This document shows positions 14,109-26,600 of a stretch of 64,000 bases of DNA, one piece after another. Below the pieces are notes generated by a model. The model saw only the letters and a program-made list of their open reading frames with translations, ran no database searches and was not told where the DNA came from. The first letter of the stretch is position 1. Each line of letters starts with the position of its first letter. Origin of the DNA: Antedon mediterranea (lineage: Eukaryota > Animalia > Echinodermata); contig NC_092673.1 of assembly GCF_964355755.1 (NCBI RefSeq), forward strand, positions 19,093,648 to 19,157,647, read 5' to 3'. Made by a program: the position numbers and the translations under genes.

Positions 14109-14236
14109 CAAAAAGCAGCATGAAGGATGACAACATTGATATTGCAAAATATGAATTAAAAAGGGTGACAGTTAACACAGACTGACAATTGCACATCACT
14201 AATATAATAACATCATTATCAATTTGGTCATTTTTT

Positions 14237-15612
14237 GTAAAAATTCCTGTACTATAAATACAGTGATTCCTACAGCTTTTAGATTTATCCACAACAAATT
14301 GTGTTGTTAAAATCCCTGTACTATAAATACAGTGATTCCTACAGCTTTTAGATTTATCCACAACAAATTGTGTTGTTAAAATCCCTGTACTATAAATACA
14401 GTGATTCCTACAGCTTTTAGATTTATCCACAACAAATTGTGTTGTTAAAATCCCTGTACTATAAATACAGTGATTCCTACAGCTTTTGGATTTATTCACA
14501 ACAAATTGTGTTGTTAAAATCCCTGTACTACAAATACAGGGATTCCTACAGCTTTTAGATTTATCCACAACAAATTGTGTTGTTAAAATCCCTGTACTAT
14601 AAATACAGGGATTCCTACAGCTTTTAGATTTATCCACAACAAATTGTGTTGTTAAAATCCCTGTACTATAAATACAGTGATTTCTACAGCTTTTGGATTT
14701 ATCCACAACAAATTGTGTTGTTAAAATCCCTGTACTATAAATACAGGGATTCCTACAGCTTTTAGATTTATCCACAACAAATTGTGTTGTTAAAATCCCT
14801 GTACTATAATACAGTGATTTCTACAGCTTTTAGATTTATCCACAACAATTGTGTTGTTAAAATCCCTGTACTATAAATACAGTGATTCCTACAGCTTTTA
14901 GATTTATCCACAACAAATTGTGTTGTTAAAATCCCTGTTCTATAAATACAATGATTCCTACAGCTTTTAGATTTATCCACAACAAATTGTGTTGTTAAAA
15001 TCCCTGTACTATAAATACAGTGATTCCTACAGCTTTTAGATTTATCCACAACAAATTGTGTTGTTAAAATCCCTGTACTATAAATACAGTGATTCCTACA
15101 GCTTTTGGATTTATTCACAACAAATTGTGTTGTTAAAATCCCTGTACTATAAATACAGTGATTCCTACAGCTTTTGGATTTATTCACAACAAATTGTGTT
15201 GTTAAAATCCCTGTACTATAATACAGTGATTTCTACAGCTTTTAGATTTATCCACAACAAATTGTGTTGTTAAAATCCCTGTACTATAAATACAGTGATT
15301 CCTACAGCTTTTGGATTTATCCACAACAAATTGTGTTGTTAAAATCCATGTACTATAAATACAGGGATTCCTACAGCTTTTAGATTTATCCACAACAAAT
15401 TGTGTTGTTAAAATCCCTGTACTATAAATACAGTGATTCCTACAGCTTTTAGATTTATCCACAACAAATTGTGTTGTTAAAATTCCTGTACTATAAATAC
15501 AGTGATTCCTACAGCTTTTGGATTTATCCACAACAAATTGTGTTGTTAAAATCCCTGTACTATAAATACAGTGATTCCTACAGCTTTTGGATTTATCCAC
15601 AACAAATTGTGT
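14237..15612. repeat. 69-bp minisatellite, about 20 copies
   Basis: Unit aaaatccctgtactataaatacagtgattcctacagcttttagatttatccacaacaaattgtgttgtt. Confidence 0.97.
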
Positions 15613-16089
15613 GGAAAATGTTGTTGTCTTGGTTACAATACACTTAGATTGTCATGGGTCTAAATTATTACAGGATTTCTTGATTTAAAATACAATTTAG
15701 CATCATTAATCATAACTACCGCATTATTAATACAAAAAAATAGCAACATTATTATCATCAGTATCATTATATCAAACACCCATTTGCTTCCCTCATACCC
15801 CATCGCGTCCTCTTATTAATTTGAATTTTCTTCATTTATCAAATTTTTATTTTACTTTAACATGTTTATAGCTGCAGGGGCATCTCTAATTTTCCATCCA
15901 ACTAAATATTGTATCAATATTAAAAAAAACCCACTTTTTGTTCCCATATCCTACCAATCAAAATGTGTATGCTAATTATGTAACAGATATCTAAACTGTA
16001 ATCATACAATACTATTTGAAAATGGACAGACAGACATGCTTACTATTTTTATAAGATTAATTGGTTTTCAATATGAAATGACAAAATAA

Positions 16090-16580
16090 ATGAGTAGAAT
16101 TGACAACTGAGTTACAGCTTCAATATGTTGACAACTGTCTACTACAGCATTGAGTACACAATTGACAACTGAGTTACAGCTTCAATATGTTGACAACTGT
16201 CTACTACAGCATTGAGTACACAATTGACAACTGAGTTACAGCTTCAATATGTTGACAACTGTCTACTACAGCATTGAGTAGACAATTGACAACTGAGTTA
16301 CAGCTTCAATATGTTGACAACTGTCTACTACAGCATTGAGTACACAATTGACAACTGAGTTACAGCTTCAATATGTTGACAACTGTCTACTACAGCATTG
16401 AGTACACAATTGACAACTGAGTTACAGCTTCAATATGTTGACAACTGTCTACTACAGCATTGTGTACACAATTGACAACTGAGTTACAGCTTCAATATGT
16501 TGACAACTGTCTACTACAGCATTGAGTGCACAATTGACAACTGAGTTACAGCTTCTATATGTTGACAACTGTTTACTACA
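16090..16580. repeat. 62-bp minisatellite (dimer of ttgacaactg-led subunits), about 8 copies
   Basis: Direct periodicity 16099 to 16161 and onward. Confidence 0.95.
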
Positions 16581-17133
16581 GGATGTTAAGCTTAATAAAA
16601 CTAAATATCAAACATGAGTTATTATTTAAATACATAATACAGGCATTGCATTACCTACTTTATTTCATTTAATGATTTCTTTTTTCTTTGGTCCTTTTTT
16701 GGTCAATTACACAATTTCCTTGAGGCAACTAAAAAGTCTAATTTTATTTTTTTATTCTTTTTATAAAATCAATAATAGAATTTGGAATGGTAATAAACTG
16801 AAATTTGTAAAGTTCTTTTTTAAGAAAGCTGTATTTTACAAAAATTCTTAAATCAATGTTGTCGTTTCATCTGACAAGCATGGCTGAATTTCTTGAGGGG
16901 AAAATAATTTTTTTGTTTATTTGGTTTTTTATAAAAAGAGGGGTGGTGGTAGCGGATTGTAACTTTGACTCCGATGGCAATAACTCCCTGGATCTTTAGT
17001 CATTTGTCATTGTGTCAAAACTCCCATAGGCTTTCATATCTTTATAATTTCACATCTATCTTCAATATTATCCATACAATGCCTTTAAAATGTATGAAAT
17101 CTACTGTTAGATTGGTGAAGAGTGTACTGTTTT

Positions 17134-19095
17134 TCATCTGTTGCATTTTTTGACTGAGTAAGAGACCTGGTCACTATGTACACACCAGATACTGCAGCCA
17201 CCAACAGCAGTTAATCCATCATATATACAGTAACTACCAACCAGTAATCTAAAAGAGAAAAATGTTTCATAAATCCTCATCTTTTTAGAAATATTCTTGA
17301 GTGCTTTCATTTAAAGTTGTTTTAAAATACTGCAAATGACTACAACAAAAAGCATTTTATAGGTTTTGTAGGAAAAAAGACAAATGATTTCTTACATTTT
17401 GAAACTACATTAGTCTTTGAATAGAAAAACAATGCAATGACTTTAGAAACAAATTCAAATTTAAAGTTTAATACTATACCTTATAACAACTTGCAACGTC
17501 TCTTTTTCTTTCGACTAGAAATAACAAGGTACAATTAAATAATTAAAATTCTAATAAAGTATTAAAATTGTTGTTTCTTTCAACTTGATTGTTTTCAAAC
17601 AATCGTGTTGAAATCGAATAACGTAGACTAGAAAACAGGCTTTAGTTGATTATCACCAGCCCTGTAGTGACCTTGACGAGAGCCACTAGACAGTATTTAC
17701 TTATGCTTTTGGTAATCCTGTCGGCCTTTGTGGGGAGGCAGAGTATAATGTTTTTCTTTTTTATTGATTTTGTTTTCTTTTAATTGTTTTTTATACATTT
17801 TATATGGCAAAATATATGAAATGAAAATAAAAGTTTAATGTATTCTGTAAATCACACACAAAGTGCCAATTTATTAACAAAATTAATTTGATCAAATAAC
17901 AGTACATATGTGGAAAATACTTACCCGCCATGATGCATACCTGAAATAACAACAAAGTAAGCTCATTAAGTAATAGATATGGTGAGAAATAATTAAACAA
18001 TTAAACACCCTAACCCTTAATAAAGTATGAACACAGTTAAACCTAAAACATTTAATAGTATGTTAAAATTAAATAAATTTGATTAAATAAAAAATAAATA
18101 GTTTGGATGTTTGTTGATTTAAAGATGTATTGTCCCCCTGAAAATATTTTTTTTAAATTTTTGTTGTTGAATATGCCATTTTAATGTCACTAATAGTTAT
18201 TGACTTTGACCAAAAATTGGATCGAAAACAAAATTATTTACCTGAAAAAACTGGAAGTTAAAGCAAAAAATGGTCAAATTGGCTGCCAGCCAATGGATTT
18301 TTGGTTGAATTTAACCATTTATCATGTTATTTTATAAGTGAAAACATTATTTTTTCCCGTTTTTTTTCTTCGGAAGTGATTTACTTTTTTAAAACTACAT
18401 AATAACCTATTCAAAGTCTGATTTAATTAATCTTCATTTTTCATGTTTTTGGGGGACAATACGTCTTTAAGTATATGCTATACGATAACTGCTGACTATT
18501 ACATAGAAACATTCATATAAACTTTAAACGAACATTTGTGATAACATTTTGGAAAGTTTAATTATCTAAGCTGATATTGTGTGAACAATAAGCAACAAAC
18601 AGGATTAATGTATAATGTCTACCTGAAAAAGAAATGAATGGAATAGATTTGGAGAAAGTCAAAGAAAAACTTTATTTATTTATTTATTTTAAGGTTGCCT
18701 GATAAATATAGATTTTAATCAATTTAGATTACACCCTACATAAACAACTACAATCACTTAGCATAGAATGGTAATAAAGATTTCTAGTCTATTTTAATAT
18801 TGTATACAAAAACTCCTGGCTAAATATCAACAATAATATATTTTTTTGCTGTAGAGTGTTGCTCTAGTGCCTTGATAGTTACCTTGACATTCACCTGTGT
18901 CAGACGAAAGACCTGCACCTGAAGACACACCTGCACCAGAAGACACACCTGCACCAGAAGACACACCTGCACCAGAAGACACACCTGCACCAGAAGACAC
19001 ACCTGCACCAGAAGACACACCTGCACCAGAAGATGCGCCTGCACCAGAAGATGCGCCTGCACCAGAAGACATACCTATACCAGAAGACATATATA
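17134..19095 (-). CDS. Tentative terminal exons of the Roco gene: (SSGAGV)n exon 18895-19095, micro-exon 17925-17940, last exon 17134-17248
   Basis: Phase-compatible GT-AG boundaries (1-1, 1-2, 2-stop), but the acceptor at 19096 is weak. An alternative terminal exon starting near 19205 is also open. Confidence 0.35.
18123..18466. mobile_element. About 345-bp TTAA-flanked MITE (Kolobok-type AG..CT termini), family A
   Basis: ttaa|agatgtattgtccccc...gggggacaatacgtct|ttaa; related copies at about 27237-27568, 28595-28905, 47563-47872 and 50750-50971. Confidence 0.85.
18910..19090. repeat. 18-bp repeat (cacctgcaccagaagaca)n, about 10 copies, possibly coding SSGAGV on the minus strand
   Basis: Direct periodicity; GC-rich relative to its flanks. 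Confidence 0.9.
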
Positions 19096-20149
19096 CTTAA
19101 GACTTATTTAGAATAAATCTAATTATGTAGACTACTTGTTGACTTCTTGTTTGTTTTTTTTCATTCTGCGTAGGTGGATGCTTCCGTGAAAGGTCAAGGT
19201 CACAACCTACTATAAATGTTTTCTTTATATATCCTGCCAGGCCACACTTTTAAACTGAAATTTGGCCAAAATTATCCATCATAATGTAATTCAATTTTGA
19301 ACAGGCAGGGTCAAATGTCAAAATTTACAAAAAAATTATTAAAAAAAAAAGAAATGATTAAAAAAGACTCCCTTCTTCAGCCCAATTTGAGGCAGGATTT
19401 CAACCATGGAAAATTCACATTAATTTGTTATGCAGTGCAATTAGGCCAAATTACCTTACTGAAAAAAACAAACCACTTTTCTCAGGGAGAGATTTTAATG
19501 TGTAGGAAAATTATATTGTAGGTGGAGTTTTGCATTCTCTAGTTTCAGTAAGTTATTAATGGGATAGGCAGAAGTCACATAATCTAAACTCTAAGTTTAT
19601 GAAGTGTCCGGGTGCATTAATTGGCATGGAGGTGGTGATGGGTACGCTGTCAACCTGTGGCTTTCTTATACAACTTAATGATCCTCTTGCAATAGTAAAG
19701 ATCTGAATCAGCCCCAGAGTCGGTCTTTTGACCCTCAAATGGTATGCTGGGCTTTGTAGGAATTGAGAGGCATTCACAAATTTAAAATGCAGATTATTAT
19801 TATGTTCCAAAGGTTTGGGTCAATCTGATTGATAGGGATAATAGCATGGAATACACACATACGTTTCAGTTCAGCTCATTTTCCATTGGACTCATTGAGC
19901 ATATTATTGTTATTTTACTAACTTGTCATTCAATTCAGCTGAATTGCCATTTAACCGAATGTTGGTTGATATCCTTAATCCACTATAATAGCAGACAGAC
20001 AGAAAGGGACATCATAATAATTTGAATCTGCCTAAAATGTTTAATTTGTTACAGTACTTTTACTTGATTGTAGTGTACTACAGTATGTACTATATGTTTT
20101 AACAATGAACCATGATGATGAACTAAAACAAATAAACCAACCAACCAAC

Positions 20150-20686
20150 CATCAATGAAAATCTTCCTAGCTTTTGTCATTCCATTTTGTTCTAAAACTT
20201 TAAGAAACTCAACCAACTTTGTGAAATCCTTATCAATGATCCCTCTATGTTCAAAGTCCATAATCATACTCCAGCTGTCTTGATATGTCTTTACCAATAT
20301 ATTGTTAAATAACCTGGCAAGTTTTGATACTTCATCCTTCGTAAGTTCCACTCCCAGTTGATAAACCTTCTGTCTGAAAGGTGTCAACATTGATACTACA
20401 TGATCCTTAATATCTTCAGAAGGTTGATTCTCAACGTTTGACTGGAAGCCAAATTGCTTGGTTACTGTTATTGTGTCATATAGAATAGTAAGGTTTGATG
20501 GACTCAAACTTCCTGAGGCTCTTAAATCCTGTAGCAGATCCCAAACACTACTAGCTCTTTCCACCTCTACATTCGATTTTGAAAGATGGTCTTTGTATAA
20601 AACTTTCAATATTTTGAGATATCCAAGTCCATCAAACCATGCTGCTGTATCAGTTAACAGTTGCAGGAATTCATTCTCTGAGATTT
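20150..20686 (-). CDS. Tandem death-effector-domain (DED-DED) exon of the Roco gene
   Basis: EFLQLLTDTA..LKILKVLYKD..ERASSVWDLLQDLRASGSLSPSNLTIL followed by PFRQKVYQLGVELTKDEVSKL..DSWSMIMDFEHRGII. The pattern resembles caspase-8/cFLIP tandem DEDs. Phase-1 acceptor at 20687 and candidate donor at 20149. Confidence 0.75.
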
Positions 20687-23600
20687 CTGGAATGAAAAAA
20701 TGAGTATGATACCATCAATATAAGTACACACAAAAAAGTTTGAAATAATGAGAGAGAGGGAGTTCTTCTTAAAGAAATTAGTAGAGTAATAGTATTACCC
20801 AAATTTTATTTATATTAAATTTAACATACCTTGATTTGAACCGGATGTCCCAACATCATCCGCTGTAACAAATGAAATAATGATAAAACAATAATTCATT
20901 CAATACTATATGCTAGGATGCAAGCTATGACAGATCATGTTATCACAAATGTAACTGTTGTTTTATAGGCAACAATTTACTTTTGTGAACACCACATTTA
21001 GCAGGTATTGTCACTGCAGAGTGACATTATTGCTATTATATATTGATTCTGATAGTACTACTACTGGTAAGAGGAATGAAGATATCACAGCTAATAGCAG
21101 CATGTTGTAACAATGTATAGATTATCAATAATGATTCTACTAGTACTACTACTGGTAAGAGGAATGAAGATATCACAGCTAATAGCAGCATGTTATAACA
21201 ATGTATAGATTATCAATAATGATTCTGATAGTACTACTACTGGTAAGAGGAATGAAGATATCACAGCTAATAGCAGCATGTTGTAACAATGTATAGATTA
21301 TCAATAATGATTCTGATAGTACTACTACTGGTAAGAGGAATGAAGATATCACAGCTAATAGCAGCATGTTGTAAAAATGTATAGATTATCAATAATGATT
21401 CTGATAGTACTACTACTGGTAAGAGGAATGAAGATATCACAGCTAATAGCAGCATGTTGTAACAATGTATAGATTATCAATAATGATTCTGATAGTACTA
21501 CTACTGGTAAGAGGAATGAAGATATCACAGCTAATAGTAGCATGTTGTAACAATGTATAGATTATCAATAATGATTCTGATAGTACTACTACTGGTAAGA
21601 GAAATGAAGATATCACAGCTAATAGTAGCATGTTGTAAAAATGTATAGATTATCAATAATGATTCTGATAGTACTACTACTGGTAAGAGGAATGAAGATA
21701 TCACAGCTAATAGCAGCATGTTGTAACAATGTATAGATTATCAATAATGATTCTGATAGTACTACTACTGGTAAGAGGAATGAAGATATCACAGCTAATA
21801 GCAGCATGTTGTAACAATGTATAGATTATCAATAATGATTCTGATAGTACTACTACTGGTAAGAGGAATGAAGATATCACAGCTAATAGCAGCATGTTGT
21901 AACAATGTATAGATTATCAATAATGATTCTACTAGTACTACTATTGGTAAGAGGAATGAAGATATCACAGCTAATAGCAGCATGTTGTAACAATGTATAG
22001 ATTATCAATAATGATTCTACTAGTACTACTATTGGTAAGAGGAATGAAGATATCACAGCTAATAGCAGCATGTTGTAACAATGTATAGATTATCAATAAT
22101 GATTCTGATAGTACTACTACTGGTAAGAGGAATGAAGATATCACAGCTAATAGCAGCATGTTGTAACAATGTATAGATTATCAATAATGATTCTGATAGT
22201 ACTACTACTGGTAAGAGGAATGAAGATATCACAGCTAATAGCAGCATGTTATAACAATGTATAGATTATCAATAATGATTCTGATAGTACTACTACTGGT
22301 AAGAGGAATGAAGATATCACAGCTAATAGCAGCATGTTGTAACAATGTATAGATTATCAATAATGATTCTGATAGTACTACTACTGGTAAGAGGAATGAA
22401 GATATCACAGCTAATAGCAGCATGTTATAACAATGTATAGATTATCAATAATGATTCTGATAGTACTACTACTGGTAAGAGGAATGAAGATATCACAGCT
22501 AATAGCAGCATGTTGTAACAATGTATAGATTATCAATAATGATTCTGATAGTAGTACTACTGGTAAGAGGAATGAAGATATCACAGTTAATAGCAGCATA
22601 TTGTAACAATGTATAGATTATCAACAATGATTATGTTGTACTACTACTGGTAAGAGGAATGAAGATATCACAGTTAATAGCAGCATATTGTAACAATGTA
22701 TAGATTATCAACAATGATTATGTTGTACTACTACTGGTAAGAGGAATGAAGATATCACAGTTAATAGCAGCATATTGTAACAATGTATAGATTATCAACA
22801 ATGATTATGTTGTACTACTACTGGTAAGAGGAATGAAGATATCACAGTTAATAGCAGCATATTGTAACAATGTATAGATTATCAACAATGATTATGTTGT
22901 ACTACTACTGGAAGAGTATTATCAAATATGTCTATTTTCAAATAAGGTACAGTATCCTCTTTTTCTATTCTATAATTATTTAAACATGTCACTTTTTTGC
23001 AGAAATAGGTCACAAATTGTTTATAGAACAGAAATAGCCTTTTGTTTTTCAGTTTCCTGTGCTCTAGGGATGAGTGAGAGTCCTTCATGAAGAAAGTAGT
23101 GTATTAATGAAAATGTACTTAATAAAAATAAATAAATTTAATGACTCTTACCTCCAAACAGCCGCTTGTAACATGTGACATCCATCGTAACAGACTTGCC
23201 AGTTTCTGTGCATGTAAACTTCCTGCATTGGAAATCTTTAAGAATTTGAAAATGCTTTTTGTCTAATTGATCACTACACCGACAAGGAATGCATCTCTTG
23301 AATGGAATCCCTCTTCTACCACCATCTTTAGATTGCTCGAATGCCTTCTCAACTGTTGACAAAACCTAAAGATATAAATTTAATGTTGATTTGAATTTAA
23401 TTGAATTTAACACAAATCATATCAACAAATATGAAAGCATCAATGATGCAGTAGCTTACAAAGTTAGACATTTTATGTAATGTGAGGCAGGCAATGTTTT
23501 CAGATTTATGGTGTAAATCTGAATTGATTGGGAATAAATCTTTTAATAGGCAGATACATATTAAAATTACTTACTAATTCAATTACAAAAATAAAAGAGA

Positions 23601-26600
23601 ACATGGATGTAATTTGTTTACGCTGTTTACGGTTCTACTCCGTGTCCAAAGTTGGATCACCGCCTTTTTAAATGATCTAGCTTCCCGGGCCTAACATTCG
23701 TCACTGATTTACGATGGATAAATTTAATAAAAAATAGGTGTGTTATAAAATAAATAATGAGTGTTTTGTATTCGTTGAATGGAGAGAATATGTTATTCAT
23801 TGACTGCTCTATTTTCGGCTCTGCTTTGTTAAAAATAGTGCAGTCAATCTTTCAACTCATAAAATATTCTTACCATCCATCTCATAAACATTCATTATTA
23901 TACTATACAATGCAATGTTGGAAAGTAATATGTAATTGGTTTTTAAAATCAGTATACATTGTAAATATGCAGACATTTTCAGACATCAAGCAAATCTGAC
24001 AAAAAAATTGAGGAGAAAACTTTTTACATGTATTTTCATAAACTACCTCCAAATAGATAGATAACGTAACTGGTATAGATACATACCAATTTACATGCTT
24101 CAGCTGAAGGCTCCTCTTTACTCGTTTCATCAAAAGAATCTGTTCTTTTAATAGCCATCTAGAAAGTAAAAATAGATGTAATGTTTTGTTATCAGAATTT
24201 AATTTTAGTTTTATATGCATTTAAAGTGGATTCTGACATGACAGATCAGGGAAAGACTAAGCAACAATATTTAACTTTCATAATTTAGTGATATTTATTG
24301 AACATTTGAGATTATATATTACCTTTAACAAGAACTTTCGCTCATCATTCTTAGTAATAAATTTGTCAAGAGACAAAGTCACATGATGATTTTCGTCGAG
24401 GTAAAGTTCTGCATAATTACATGCGAGAATTGGGTTAACTCCTTCCTTTTGAAATTTGTTAAGGAATTCAATAATTAAATACGGAAACAATACGTCTGGC
24501 AGATATCCCTCAAAGTCGTAATAGATAGGTCTGCTGATAGATTGTGAATCATCAGGTACTTGTCTCACTTGACTTGTCTTGATAGCAATTCGCAGTGGCA
24601 CAAAAAAGGATCGTTTTCGAACTGATTTCTGAAATTGTTAATTCGTAACAATGCCATTTAGATTACTTTAAGCAAACTAAAGATACTCTATCATTTAGAC
24701 ATTTTCACTAGAAAGTTTATTCAAACTTTGTCTGAACATTTAAATCCAAACTATTAGAATAATACTTTTTATTCCAAATCTTACATGCATCAAATGAAAG
24801 ATTAAAGAAACATAACCTACTATAGATGTACTTGCCACATCTTGGCTGCTGGTTGTCTTTCTCTCACATATGAAACCGAATTGAATCATCAGTGCTACAA
24901 GGAACTCAAAATTCTTTCCGTCATCAACTTTACTATCTTTCCATAATTTTCGCAACAAGTCTTCTTCCAGTATGCCTTTGTCAAGCTTATCAAAAGATCT
25001 TCTAAATTTAGCGGCCTAAAAAAAACACCAACTATCAAGTATGCGCATCGTATTTTGTGTTTATAACAGTTGTGAGGATGACGGCAATAGATACAGTAAG
25101 CATTTAGAATATAGATGAACCATGTGTTGGTATAATACAGTATCGTGGTTTAACCCTTTCACAGTGCGTAACATTGAGACAGGTGATTTCTAATAAATTG
25201 TAAAAACATACTAAATGAGATCATTTTGTAAATATTTTTGTGGTGGGTAAAAAGTTGGTCTACGGTTTGGAGTAAAAAAATGGTAATTTGCATAGTAATG
25301 ACATCATTACAGAAGACAATATTAAAAAATATAGAGGTCGCTTGTAGTGCAGAAAAATAGTTTTATACCGCACCCGGTAATGATGGTTATATGAAGTTCG
25401 ACGACATGTTTATACCCGGTAATACCGGGTACACGCATTGAAATTAACTGTGAAATTACTCCAAGTTAGTTTGCTTTTCTAGTGCTTCAATTATAATAGA
25501 TTGAAAGCAGAATATTAAAAGTGAAATAATTAAAACTTTAAAAAATTACAGTAAATTACAAATGATGCCTTACAGCATACTTTTATTTTATTTATAGAAA
25601 ATGTTAAGCATCTCTAATAAATTTATCAACTACAAATTCGTTGCTAAAGAATAATAAATTACACAGAACAGGAGTAATTATACTACGGTAACACGTTTTT
25701 ACAATGCAAAACATTTATGAGTATACTTACGGGATATTTTGGGGGAACCACAGTTACAAATTTGGTGACAATTTCAACCAGCCTCATCGGATCTAGCACC
25801 ACTTTATCGCTTAATAATTTGTTGTCAGGCATGTAAACAATTTCACCAAGATCATACAAGAAGTTAAGCAGGCCCGATTTGTTTTTTTCGTCAACAATAC
25901 CATTCTTACTTGTCAGAATTTTGATCTAAAAGAAATAATAATTAGTATTATTCAGAATTAAATAAAAAAATATGAAATTATATTCAGTTTTTGTAACATG
26001 TGGATATTACATGAAAAAATAGTTTGAAATATTGAATTTCAATGGCTAATTACCTTAGTATTTTCAAACACACAATTTATAAATAAAACAATGGCTGCAA
26101 ATATCTGAGATGAAAATATGATTTTGGATATTGTAATCTAATTGGCTATGGACATTTTTTAATTAAAGGGTACTTATATTTAGAATTGTTAACTTTTTTT
26201 TTAGATACTTGATAGAAACTTGCGACTTAATATTTTCAAAAATGTTCTTTTCTGAAAAAAAGAACAATTAACATTTACCTCTTCTAAAGGACACAAAGAA
26301 AAGAAGAGCTGTTTTTGTCCTCTTAGATCATGTAGATCACATCGAAAACGCATCCACTTTAAAGGAAAAGGCTGTTCTAATGCTTTCATAAGTGTATCAA
26401 TAACTTGTTTGAGATCACTAAAGCTCTTATCTGTTGTTGGTTGGCTGTTTTCAATGGCAAAATATTTGTGGTAGACATGATTTCCATATGGTTTTGTTTT
26501 AAGAACATCTTGAATAATTTTAAACACCTTTTCTGCCTGTTTGTAAATAATTTTAATAACAGTTTACGCCTATATCACAATAAGAATGTGTCAATTTGGT

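Noticed and set aside
12404-15600. ORFs of 83-353 aa with 27-aa and 23-aa periodicity
   Set aside because: Translations of the 81-bp and 69-bp minisatellites, broken by 1-nt indels between units.
18897-19100. Plus-strand (PAPEDT)n ORF
   Set aside because: No real start or splice context; it is the antisense reading of the 18-bp repeat.
21179-22599. Series of 62-aa hydrophobic ORFs resembling a small-peptide gene array
   Set aside because: Overlapping read-throughs of an 88-bp intronic repeat whose length is not a multiple of 3, with no unit-wise splice sites found.
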